Positions 56,163 to 63,900 of a stretch of 64,000 nucleotides of DNA are shown one piece after another (within the stretch, counting starts at the first letter, position 1; each line of letters opens with the position of its first letter). The stretch is from sequence record OP795442. One strand, 5' to 3'. This stretch comes from Escherichia phage A7_1. Both the position numbers and the translations under genes were made by a program. A model generated the notes under the pieces. That model worked only from the letters and a program-made list of their open reading frames with translations. It was not told the DNA's origin and did not search any database.

Positions 56163-56501
56163 TTAGTTTGCTTTGATTTCTAATGTGTATTTTGCCAGAC
56201 CAAGACCAGTCTTGTCAAGATCTTCTAGGGATTTTTTAACCCCTTCAAAGACCTCTTTAGTTACATTCTTACCACTAATAATATACTGGATATCAGGAAT
56301 TCCATCATCCGTAACAACTTCGAAATCATAGTCCTTAAAAAATACGATCACTCCGGCTGCACCATTCTCGTCACTACCGGACAGCATGATTCCCTCTTCA
56401 TTAGCAACTTCAAAAATTCGATCTTTGAAATCATATACCTTACCAACAACAAACTTAAGAGAGTTAAATTTAGTCTTGTAGCCTTTAAATCGGTATTTCA
56501 T
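56163..56501 (-). CDS. hypothetical protein (112 aa)
   Basis: Track ORF. Confidence 0.5.
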   Translation of the reverse strand: MKYRFKGYKTKFNSLKFVVGKVYDFKDRIFEVANEEGIMLSGSDENGAAGVIVFFKDYDFEVVTDDGIPDIQYIISGKNVTKEVFEGVKKSLEDLDKTGLGLAKYTLEIKAN

Positions 56502-56719
56502 TTAGTCTCCTTTAGTTTTCCACAAAGAGCACCTTCAACATAATCAGGATTCTCTTTAAAGAACTGATCATTCTTTTTAATGAAACCACCAATGTTCCGA
56601 CGGAGAAATGCGAATGCTTTGATCCCTCGATACCAAGCATCAAAGCTTGATTTCTTCAGTTCCCCACCCATATAGACATTGGTGAAATAAAACGGATGAG
56701 TCTTCTTACTTATCCTCAT
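56498..56719 (-). CDS. hypothetical protein (73 aa)
   Basis: Track ORF. Confidence 0.4.
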   Translation of the reverse strand: MRISKKTHPFYFTNVYMGGELKKSSFDAWYRGIKAFAFLRRNIGGFIKKNDQFFKENPDYVEGALCGKLKETK

Positions 56720-56728
56720 TGTTTCCTC

Positions 56729-57082
56729 CTAAACAGAGAAAAGAACCTCTTCTTTCTCCACATGAAACTCAAAACCGTCCACAAGATTAGATTCTCGATC
56801 CTTACTTTCATGATAACTACACGTCCAACGGTAAACACCAGGGCCAGAATCTGAATCAGGTGGAAGACCAATATACTCCGCTTCAGGACCCTCGTCAAGC
56901 AATGCAGGATGAATATTTGGTGCTTTAAGGACGGTTACCCGTCCACTGTAATCAACAGCCACAATCCAAACACTTCCATTCGGAGATTCGAAAACTTCCT
57001 CTTTTGGATCTTCTTTGATAAGAGCTTTGTTTGGCTTTTTCAAGCAGGTTGCCAATCCAGAATCAATCCACTGGTTTGACAT
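56729..57082 (-). CDS. hypothetical protein (117 aa)
   Basis: Internal ATG 57082 chosen just after upstream stop. Confidence 0.4.
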   Translation of the reverse strand: MSNQWIDSGLATCLKKPNKALIKEDPKEEVFESPNGSVWIVAVDYSGRVTVLKAPNIHPALLDEGPEAEYIGLPPDSDSGPGVYRWTCSYHESKDRESNLVDGFEFHVEKEEVLFSV

Positions 57083-57101
57083 TCCTGCATTAAGCCATGT
57101 T

Positions 57102-57470
57102 TCAGACAGACTTTTTCTTTTTGACGGCACGTTTCTTCTCCTTAACCTGTTCAACAGGTTTTCTCTTAGGCTTAGGTTTTGGTTTGTACGGTTCCTCAGG
57201 CTTCTGGTAAAGCCCAAGAACAACTCTTTCTATTGCACTCATAGGTACGGTAGTCATCTTACGCCTTTCTGCGTCAGGAAGCTGTAATTCCCACACACCC
57301 AACCAATAAGTTAAATCATCTATACGTTCCTGAACCCAAGGATCTGGTTTCGGAATAGTTAAGAGTCTAACCAACTCTTCTTCGCATGTCAATAGACATT
57401 CTTTAAGTTTTTCAACTGGCGTATTAAAAACAAAGGCCGTCTTGTCAAAAGGCTTCTTCTCTGTCGTCAT
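57102..57470 (-). CDS. hypothetical protein with Lys/Pro-rich basic C-terminal tail
   Basis: C-terminus KPKPKPKRKPVEQVKEKKRAVKKKKSV. Confidence 0.45.
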   Translation of the reverse strand: MTTEKKPFDKTAFVFNTPVEKLKECLLTCEEELVRLLTIPKPDPWVQERIDDLTYWLGVWELQLPDAERRKMTTVPMSAIERVVLGLYQKPEEPYKPKPKPKRKPVEQVKEKKRAVKKKKSV

Positions 57471-57474
57471 AGCG

Positions 57475-57669
57475 TCACTCTTCAGTATCGTAGGTGTTAT
57501 TCTTGATTGCTTCCAGTAATACGTCCAAAGGTACAGTGAAAGACTCTACAGTGTCCATACCACCAACCTTATAGCCGTGAACAATCTCACCACCTTCGCG
57601 ATTACACACCAGAAGAGAATATCCACCAGCAATGTTTTCACTGATCTCGATATCAACAACTTTCATCAT
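57475..57669 (-). CDS. hypothetical protein (64 aa)
   Basis: Track ORF. Confidence 0.4.
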   Translation of the reverse strand: MMKVVDIEISENIAGGYSLLVCNREGGEIVHGYKVGGMDTVESFTVPLDVLLEAIKNNTYDTEE

Positions 57670-57991
57670 TAGTCTCCTTTTTGTCCTCTACCCAACCATA
57701 AGCCTTCATACACCCCTGGTAATTAGGCCACCTTTTATTTACAACGTTGTCAAGCCACTCAAGATCTGTGCTTACATGGATGTATTCGCTGTACAGTTCA
57801 TCAAGAGTGTCAATAAGATCAGGACGCTCTTTCAAATACTCTCGAACGTCACCGATCCTTTTTCCAAGTTCACAATTTTCACATTTACACACTGCTAGAT
57901 ACCTCCTCCAGAACGCGTAATCTTTCTGCCAATACCCAAGTCCCACCTTGAGACTCAGGCCTTTGAAAATTAACAATGCCTTGAACTTCAA
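57653..57991 (-). CDS. hypothetical protein with CxCxxC motif; N-terminus uncertain
   Basis: Overlaps 57885..58223 by about 107 nt, so real start is probably downstream. Confidence 0.3.
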   Translation of the reverse strand: MKFKALLIFKGLSLKVGLGYWQKDYAFWRRYLAVCKCENCELGKRIGDVREYLKERPDLIDTLDELYSEYIHVSTDLEWLDNVVNKRWPNYQGCMKAYGWVEDKKETNDESC

Positions 57992-58223
57992 CCTTGAACC
58001 ACTTACGGATCTCTCCCGATTTAAGGTTTGTCTTGAGATGAGGAGCTTCAGGTTTAAGTGTACAATGCCAACCTGGTCGTACAGAAAATCCCCGAGTAGG
58101 ATGATTTTCAGCTTCCATCCACTTATTCTTTTCTACGACCAAAGATCTATTGATAAATAGGGGACCTATTGTACCGTCTTTCCTGACTCTAAACAACTTG
58201 TACGCCACAATAGACTTTTTCAT
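57885..58223 (-). CDS. hypothetical protein (112 aa)
   Basis: Track ORF. Confidence 0.45.
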   Translation of the reverse strand: MKKSIVAYKLFRVRKDGTIGPLFINRSLVVEKNKWMEAENHPTRGFSVRPGWHCTLKPEAPHLKTNLKSGEIRKWFKVEVQGIVNFQRPESQGGTWVLAERLRVLEEVSSSV

Positions 58224-58519
58224 TCCATATGCTCCAAAACAAGAAGGTGCTTATAACGATGATTATGTGCATAGACCAATAGGGCCATATCCATCCAAGC
58301 AACCTCGTCAGCGTCACCAATCACAGAGAGGCATAAGTTGTCACAGTTCTGTCTTACTTTCGCCACAGTGAGTTCTACACCCCTTCCTTCGAGGATTTCT
58401 TCGAGATATTTAAACTGGTCATTCAGTTCTGTACACCACAAGTAGAACCGAGGCTTTTCCTGTGCACGAAAGATATTTTCCAACTGTTCACTTAATTCAT
58501 CACTAAAGATCAATTTCAT
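58220..58519 (-). CDS. hypothetical protein (99 aa)
   Basis: Track ORF. Confidence 0.45.
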   Translation of the reverse strand: MKLIFSDELSEQLENIFRAQEKPRFYLWCTELNDQFKYLEEILEGRGVELTVAKVRQNCDNLCLSVIGDADEVAWMDMALLVYAHNHRYKHLLVLEHME

Positions 58520-58659
58520 GATTTATTTTTCCTCTCTCCAATACCTTTGTTAAGATACTTAACCAAACTGATACCAAATGCTATTAGCATCAGAAACCAC
58601 ACTGTTCCAAACTCAACAATGTTCAATCCAAAAGCTACAACATCGTTACACTCTTTCAT
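58516..58659 (-). CDS. hypothetical small membrane protein (47 aa), absent from track
   Basis: ATG overlaps upstream stop; TGA overlaps downstream ATG. Confidence 0.35.
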   Translation of the reverse strand: MKECNDVVAFGLNIVEFGTVWFLMLIAFGISLVKYLNKGIGERKNKS

Positions 58660-58940
58660 CAGATCATCTCCAAAGTTATTAGTACATTATCCAAATCTTC
58701 AGCCACAAGCTGTAAGTCAGGCTTCATACTATCTTCCACACGATGATAAATCAAGCCTTTTTCCACATACTGATTCATTACTCCGTAATAGTTCCCCAAA
58801 ATGGTGTACCAGTCACATTCGTAAACAGTAACAACACATACTTTCAGTCCAGCTTTTGCTGAATGCCAAGCTTCTCTCGTAGCTTGAAGATGACTTAATT
58901 CATTTTCTGATAACTTTTTACATTTATTATTCAAAATCAT
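58659..58940 (-). CDS. hypothetical protein (93 aa), first gene of the minus-strand block
   Basis: Track ORF just downstream of the minus-strand promoter. Confidence 0.45.
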   Translation of the reverse strand: MILNNKCKKLSENELSHLQATREAWHSAKAGLKVCVVTVYECDWYTILGNYYGVMNQYVEKGLIYHRVEDSMKPDLQLVAEDLDNVLITLEMI

Positions 58941-58975
58941 TATAAAGATAACCTGTTGTTTGTTAAAGTAGAGTC

Positions 58976-59004
58976 ACTATACCTATGTAAAAACTCCATG
59001 TCAA
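58976..59004 (-). promoter_or_regulatory. sigma70-like promoter for the minus-strand block
   Basis: On minus strand: TTGACA, 17 nt, TATAGT. Confidence 0.55.
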
Positions 59005-59117
59005 GACTTTAAATTTAAAAAATTTAGTATAAAATCTATAAAAGATCCTTTAAGATCTGTAGATCATATATAAAAAGATCTTATAAAAGATCTTGTTTTT
59101 ATTGTTTTTAATAATAA

Positions 59118-59167
59118 TTATGAATGAAATGAATAATTATTATATAATTTATGAATGAAATGAATAA
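59118..59167. repeat. 19-bp perfect direct repeat TTATGAATGAAATGAATAA, 2 copies
   Basis: Copies at 59118-59136 and 59149-59167. Confidence 0.85.
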
Positions 59168-59251
59168 ATTATAATGATAAAGGGTTTGGCGAGAGGCTTC
59201 GAGCCAGGGAAATCTAATATAGTATTGTATGCCTAAACGGGCATAAAGGGT

Positions 59252-59280
59252 TTGACATGTTGGGATAGTCATGTAAGATA
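59252..59280 (+). promoter_or_regulatory. candidate promoter for the plus-strand block
   Basis: TTGACA 59252-59257 with weak -10 AAGATA. Confidence 0.35.
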
Positions 59281-59307
59281 GCGAAGGTAAGGTTAAGAGG
59301 AGGGATT

Positions 59308-59694
59308 ATGTTTGAGATAAACACCTCTGTTGGGAAGAAGACTTTTGAAGACGATGCGTTCGCCATGCTTCCTCTTCGTTGGGTTACTGAAATGTCCGGC
59401 GAGGATTTAAAGAGGATGATACTTTTGAGGTGGAGATTTTCATTCTTTGCGGAGTTTGCTTCTCGACAGGGCGAATCAGTGGAAACGTGTTTCTATGAAT
59501 CGCAGGTGGCATTGTGTGAGTTGTTTCAAATGTCACCGACCAGTCAAGCCAAGGTAAGTGCATTCCTTAAGAAGATGGAGACTGGTGGTTACATCAGGAT
59601 TTACAGAGATAAAGTGATAATCAACGGGAAGTCGAAACCACGTCATTACATTGTGGTTAACGACCCAATACTTAAAGAGAAGTACGGATATTGA
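59308..59694 (+). CDS. hypothetical protein (128 aa)
   Basis: ORF with RBS GAGGAGGG. Confidence 0.5.
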   Translation: MFEINTSVGKKTFEDDAFAMLPLRWVTEMSGEDLKRMILLRWRFSFFAEFASRQGESVETCFYESQVALCELFQMSPTSQAKVSAFLKKMETGGYIRIYRDKVIINGKSKPRHYIVVNDPILKEKYGY

Positions 59695-59936
59695 TGGAGG
59701 TAATCGTGAATCAGGTTTCAGAATGTCGTTTAAACGCAATAGGAAGCTCTCTCACGAAAGAAACAGATGAAGTTATGTCTTTTCTTGACTGGAGTGCAAT
59801 GAACGCTCAAATCGTTTCTGAGAGGGTTTATGCCGATATTGCATCTCAGTTTATGATACCTTGTAAGGAGATTCAGGTTGAATCTAAGCTTGAAGAAGAA
59901 ATATCTGGACTTCTTCAATCGTTTGAGTTACATTGA
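59691..59936 (+). CDS. hypothetical protein (81 aa)
   Basis: ATGA overlap with upstream gene. Confidence 0.45.
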   Translation: MMEVIVNQVSECRLNAIGSSLTKETDEVMSFLDWSAMNAQIVSERVYADIASQFMIPCKEIQVESKLEEEISGLLQSFELH

Positions 59937-59994
59937 CTATCATTGGTTATGCCAGTAAAATGGAGGTATACTTTTATTTGACTGGTTAACTAAT

Positions 59995-60243
59995 ATGAAA
60001 AACTTTAAACTTGCACTGGAATACGGTGCTGCTGGATACGTAACGGAAGAGTATATCGATACCTTTAACAGCTATGATGAAGCTTTCGATGAGGGTAACG
60101 ACATTGCTTTTGAGACTACAGGGTTTTCTCTGGAGTGTTGGAAAAAGATTGACTTTGGGAAAGGAAATCGAATATACTTCTTCTACCCCAACGAGGGTGA
60201 CTTAACTTCTCGTTACAAGATGACTTTTATGGAGGCAAAATGA
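59995..60243 (+). CDS. hypothetical protein (82 aa)
   Basis: Track ORF. Confidence 0.5.
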   Translation: MKNFKLALEYGAAGYVTEEYIDTFNSYDEAFDEGNDIAFETTGFSLECWKKIDFGKGNRIYFFYPNEGDLTSRYKMTFMEAK

Positions 60244-60464
60244 AATTTAGCATTACATTGAACTTTACCGTAGATAAGACTAATGAAGCTCTTAGCAAAG
60301 AAATGAAAGAAGCTTCTGAGCGTCAAGGTATTACAGTTGAAGAACTCTACAAGACATTCCCGCAGCAATTTCTTGAGGGGTTTGTAGAACAGTTCCCCAA
60401 TGATGATTCAGAATTCCCTGGGTTAACTACTGAAGTTACCGTTTCGGAGATCACCAATGACTAA
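60240..60464 (+). CDS. hypothetical acidic protein (74 aa), paralog of 60457..60675
   Basis: Similar acidic pattern to neighbour. Confidence 0.5.
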   Translation: MKFSITLNFTVDKTNEALSKEMKEASERQGITVEELYKTFPQQFLEGFVEQFPNDDSEFPGLTTEVTVSEITND

Positions 60465-60675
60465 ACAGGTTGTAGAACTCAAGGTTACTTATGAAATCGA
60501 CTACACTAACGAAGATATGGCAGAGATGTTAAAAGCTAAGATGGAAAAGTCCGGCTTGAGCATCGAAGAGATTTTCGAAGCTGTAGAAAAAGAACTTGTT
60601 GAAGGAACTCTTGAATCGATGGAGTTGGAGTGCAAAACTCTACCTGGTTTCAGTGTCGGCGTTGTTAAACTGTAA
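60457..60675 (+). CDS. hypothetical acidic protein (72 aa), paralog of 60240..60464
   Basis: Similar acidic pattern to neighbour. Confidence 0.5.
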   Translation: MTKQVVELKVTYEIDYTNEDMAEMLKAKMEKSGLSIEEIFEAVEKELVEGTLESMELECKTLPGFSVGVVKL

Positions 60676-60796
60676 TAGGAGCAAGATATATGATCGGATA
60701 CACTGGCGGTTGATGAAATATGAAAGATGAATTCGACGGTTTCGTAGGATGGGGAGAAGGTTAATGGGAGAAGAAAATTGGGACGTTTAGAAAAAA

Positions 60797-61009
60797 TTGA
60801 AGATTGGTTCTACGGCGGGATCTCTGGATGCTTTGAAGATGAACACCCAGACTTCTAATTATTTTCCTCTGGAGGATAATCCTCGTAATCATGATTGTAA
60901 AGATTATGATTGTCTATGTTATTGCTGCGGTCATCGATTTGCAGGGCCAAAGAGAAGCATAATGTGTAATCTTTGTCTTAACAAGAAGAAACCTGTTGAC
61001 AATAGCTGA
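60797..61009 (+). CDS. hypothetical Cys-rich protein (70 aa)
   Basis: CKDYDCLCYCCGH...CNLC. Confidence 0.4.
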   Translation: MKIGSTAGSLDALKMNTQTSNYFPLEDNPRNHDCKDYDCLCYCCGHRFAGPKRSIMCNLCLNKKKPVDNS

Positions 61010-61320
61010 TTAAATATGTAAGATTATTTTGTTGCCTGAGAGATTAGTCATCTTGAAGGCTGGGTGGGCAAATATAAGTTGGAACCATTATACCACCGAC
61101 GCGATTTACGCTTTTGGTTGACTGTGACTAAATGGGATGCCCAGTCCATCCTTCTTTAAAACGGGGAGCCGTCGAAGATTGTCTGATTAGTGATTTACGG
61201 ATCACTATAGTTTTACTACCACGACAATCTTTTACGGTGTACCCCTTGTCATGATGACGAGGTTTAAGGTTATCCTGTCGTTAAATATCCAAAACCTGTT
61301 ACCACCCACAAGAGAATTTA

Positions 61321-61403
61321 GCGCGGGTGTATCTCAACGGTCTTCTAAACCGTCGTTAATCGAGTAATTGGAGTATGAAGGTTCGAGTCCTTTCTCCCGC
61401 GCT
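61321..61403 (+). ncRNA. tRNA-like element, cloverleaf unresolved
   Basis: Perfect GGTTCGAGTCC T-arm and GCGCGGG/CCCGCGC ends but no consistent D or anticodon arm. Confidence 0.25.
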
Positions 61404-61420
61404 AAGTTCTTTTGAATATA

Positions 61421-61492
61421 GGCCCTGTAGCTGGACGGTTCAAGCAAGCGACTCATAATCGCCAGACGGTGGTTCGATTCCACCCAGGGCCA
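61421..61492 (+). tRNA. tRNA with CAU anticodon (Met, or Ile2-type)
   Basis: 7-bp acceptor GGCCCTG/CAGGGCC, loop CTCATAA, T-arm GGTGGTTCGATTCCACC, encoded CCA. Confidence 0.8.
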
Positions 61493-61628
61493 CCATATGA
61501 AGTCGGGTCGCTCCCGATAAGTCGTCGGACTGATGTTCCCTGACTACGAGTTCCCTCAACGATAACGACGTAGATCACAGCAGAAACGGCGCACCCTATT
61601 TCATTTCTTAATACATTTCAATAAGTTC

Positions 61629-61657
61629 TTGACATAATCCTATTATACTGCTAATAT
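61629..61657 (+). promoter_or_regulatory. sigma70-like promoter (TTGACA 61629-61634, TAATAT 61652-61657)
   Basis: 17-nt spacer. Confidence 0.55.
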
Positions 61658-61678
61658 AGTTATATCGACTGAATTGAG

Positions 61679-62059
61679 GTGTTTATGGCTAAAGCTGAAA
61701 TCGTTACTCGAAAACGCGGTCGGCCTACTACAGAGGAAAGCATTGCAATCAATACTGAGAGAGCAATTCTTCATGCTCGTTCCGAGTTTGCAAGACTTAC
61801 TCCTCAAGCAATTAAAACTCTGGAAGGTCTACTGACTTCCGGTACAGAGAAAGTTAAAGAAACTACTGCGAAGTATATTCTTGAGCAAGCTGAAAAGGCA
61901 AACAATCTGTACACGATGGAAGATAATGAAGAGGATCTGGCAGGAGGAACTACTTCTGCAAATTCAGAAACTCATCAAGGCCCTTCTGATGCATTTAAAG
62001 ATGCTATTCCATTAACTACTCAGATTCGTGAGTATAAAATGGCAGAAGGTGAAGATTAA
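61679..62059 (+). CDS. hypothetical protein (126 aa) with N-terminal RKRGRP basic motif
   Basis: ORF with RBS GAGGTG. Confidence 0.5.
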   Translation: MFMAKAEIVTRKRGRPTTEESIAINTERAILHARSEFARLTPQAIKTLEGLLTSGTEKVKETTAKYILEQAEKANNLYTMEDNEEDLAGGTTSANSETHQGPSDAFKDAIPLTTQIREYKMAEGED

Positions 62060-62297
62060 GGCTCGCAAGGGCCTTTACTAAGAAGTTCTCTTTAAGGTAG
62101 TTGCTTGGTGTAATTTTTCGGCAGATGGCTGCAACCATCCTATCGATAACTTATAGTTAGTGCTGCAAACACTGGCTACCTTAAAGAGAATTTAACTCGT
62201 CGAATAAGGAAGATGCTGATCTCAAAGTGAGGTCACTTACCGCAAGGGGTGTGCATAGACTCCCGCTTCCGAATAGACTATGTGGCGAGATGTATTT

Positions 62298-62376
62298 GGG
62301 GACGTGGCAGAGCGGTCGAATGCGCCTGACTGTAAATTAGGTATCCCACACGGTGGTTCGAATCCATCCGGCCCCA
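62298..62376 (+). tRNA. tRNA-Tyr (GUA), class II
   Basis: Loop CTGTAAA, D-loop GAGCGG-type, T-arm GGTGGTTCGAATCCATC, encoded CCA; one A-G mismatch in acceptor stem. Confidence 0.65.
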
Positions 62377-62382
62377 CCAAAT

Positions 62383-62455
62383 TTTCCGTTAGGCTTACAG
62401 GATAAGATTCCCACAACGTATCGTTGTGATACTGGTTCGAATCCAGTACGGAAAC
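62383..62455 (+). ncRNA. tRNA-like element with non-canonical anticodon arm
   Basis: Perfect acceptor and T-arm, but central 7-bp hairpin CACAACG-TAT-CGTTGTG replaces a canonical anticodon loop. Confidence 0.3.
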
Positions 62456-62582
62456 CAAATTAAGCCGTGATGTGATGTAATCACTGACCTCTTTGAAGGA
62501 TCATGGCATTTTATACAAAAACCTGAATAATTTAGGTTTTAATTCCTGGGGTTCGTAGCCCTATTACTAAGAGGACTTAACT

Positions 62583-62792
62583 ATGTTTACTATTAAAATT
62601 ATTGATATCGATGGAAATGAGACTGGTGTTTCAACAAGGCACTATAGATGGTACTCAAAAATGAATATTTTTGATCTGGATGGTGGTGAATCTGTTTCTG
62701 TACCACCAAAAAGTCGTGCTTATGTAATGAATGACAAAGGAATAACCATCGGTAGATACACAAATACAGCGGATCAACGCGTTCTTAATTAA
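62583..62792 (+). CDS. hypothetical protein (69 aa)
   Basis: ORF with RBS AAGAGGA; ends 1 nt before tRNA-Gly. Confidence 0.45.
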   Translation: MFTIKIIDIDGNETGVSTRHYRWYSKMNIFDLDGGESVSVPPKSRAYVMNDKGITIGRYTNTADQRVLN

Positions 62793-62793
62793 A

Positions 62794-62865
<72 letters not shown>

Positions 62866-62967
62866 CCAAACCTCTATCCATCTGACGCGTTTATGGGGTT
62901 GACCTGATCACTCTTCTCCTAATCTCGTGTGAAGACACCATGATTGTTGGGATGGATAAACTTCTTT

Positions 62968-63039
62968 TGGGGATTAGCCAAGCGGTAAGGCATCGGATTT
63001 TGATTCCGACATTCACTGGTTCGATTCCAGTATCCCCAG
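62968..63039 (+). tRNA. tRNA-Gln (UUG)
   Basis: Perfect stems; loop TTTTGAT; U1-A72 start as in E. coli tRNA-Gln (from memory); encoded CCA. Confidence 0.9.
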
Positions 63040-63047
63040 CCAATTAA

Positions 63048-63121
<74 letters not shown>

Positions 63122-63170
63122 CCAATTTACCCTCATATAATAACAATAATATAATCTCCTCTCCTTCGCC

Positions 63171-63200
63171 TCAGCCTCCCTCATTTGGGAGGCTTTTTTA
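63171..63200 (+). terminator. intrinsic terminator after the tRNA cluster
   Basis: Hairpin AGCCTCCC-TCATTT-GGGAGGCT then TTTTTTA. Confidence 0.7.
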
Positions 63201-63241
63201 TTTGTGCTTTCGGTGATAAAATATCCAAAAGGAGGATTTAT

Positions 63242-63601
63242 ATGTTACCCGCTAAAAAATATTTCATTTACGCAATGTTCGGCGTTGCGTTATTTACGTC
63301 TGGAAAACTGTATCTCGGACACGTAGAGTCTGTTGGATATGACAAAGGCTACGATGCTGCAAACACGGCTTGGATAAAGAAAGCTACTGAGTACAAAGGA
63401 AAGCTTGACTCTACATTGGAAGAGAATAAGAGGTTGAATGAAGAACTTTCTTATGCAAATGCAAAACGGATCATCGCTGAGGAAAAATTACGTGATGAAG
63501 TAGAGGCAATGAGAATCGACTATGCAAAATCTAAAAAGGGACAAGAAATATTTATGGATGATGAGATAGTTGATATCTATAACAAATCACTGGGGGAATA
63601 A
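63242..63601 (+). CDS. i-spanin-like protein (N-terminal TM helix, coiled coil)
   Basis: ATG 63242 with strong RBS AAAAGGAGG; TM segment then charged helical region. Confidence 0.4.
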   Translation: MLPAKKYFIYAMFGVALFTSGKLYLGHVESVGYDKGYDAANTAWIKKATEYKGKLDSTLEENKRLNEELSYANAKRIIAEEKLRDEVEAMRIDYAKSKKGQEIFMDDEIVDIYNKSLGE

Positions 63602-63900
63602 TGAAGAAGATTATCGCCGGAATTGTCCTTTGTTTTGGTCTTGTTGGTTGTCAGAGTAAAGAAATTTGTGGGCCTACTGAAGAAGTTAAGATAGAAAAGC
63701 TGATCGAAAAGCCGGATCTTGAACTTATGAAGAAAGAAGAACCTAAAATGACTCTGGAAAAACGCTCTGCAAAGACAACTGTTGCTGACGTTCTTAGTCA
63801 TAACAATCTTCGTGCTGCAAGAATAGAAAGACGTGCTGAAGGATTACAGACCTACGTTTGTAATATTTTTAAAGAAAATCCACCAGAGTTCTGCAAATAA
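63601..63900 (+). CDS. o-spanin-like lipoprotein
   Basis: Signal peptide with lipobox LVGC; start overlaps upstream stop. Confidence 0.45.
   Translation: MKKIIAGIVLCFGLVGCQSKEICGPTEEVKIEKLIEKPDLELMKKEEPKMTLEKRSAKTTVADVLSHNNLRAARIERRAEGLQTYVCNIFKENPPEFCK

Noticed and set aside
61500-61620. Additional tRNA downstream of the CAU tRNA
   Set aside because: No T-loop consensus or complementary termini found by eye.
62237-62458. 73-aa minus-strand ORF
   Set aside because: Covers tRNA-Tyr and the adjacent tRNA-like element; GFEPP-type peptides are the usual artefact of translating tRNA genes.
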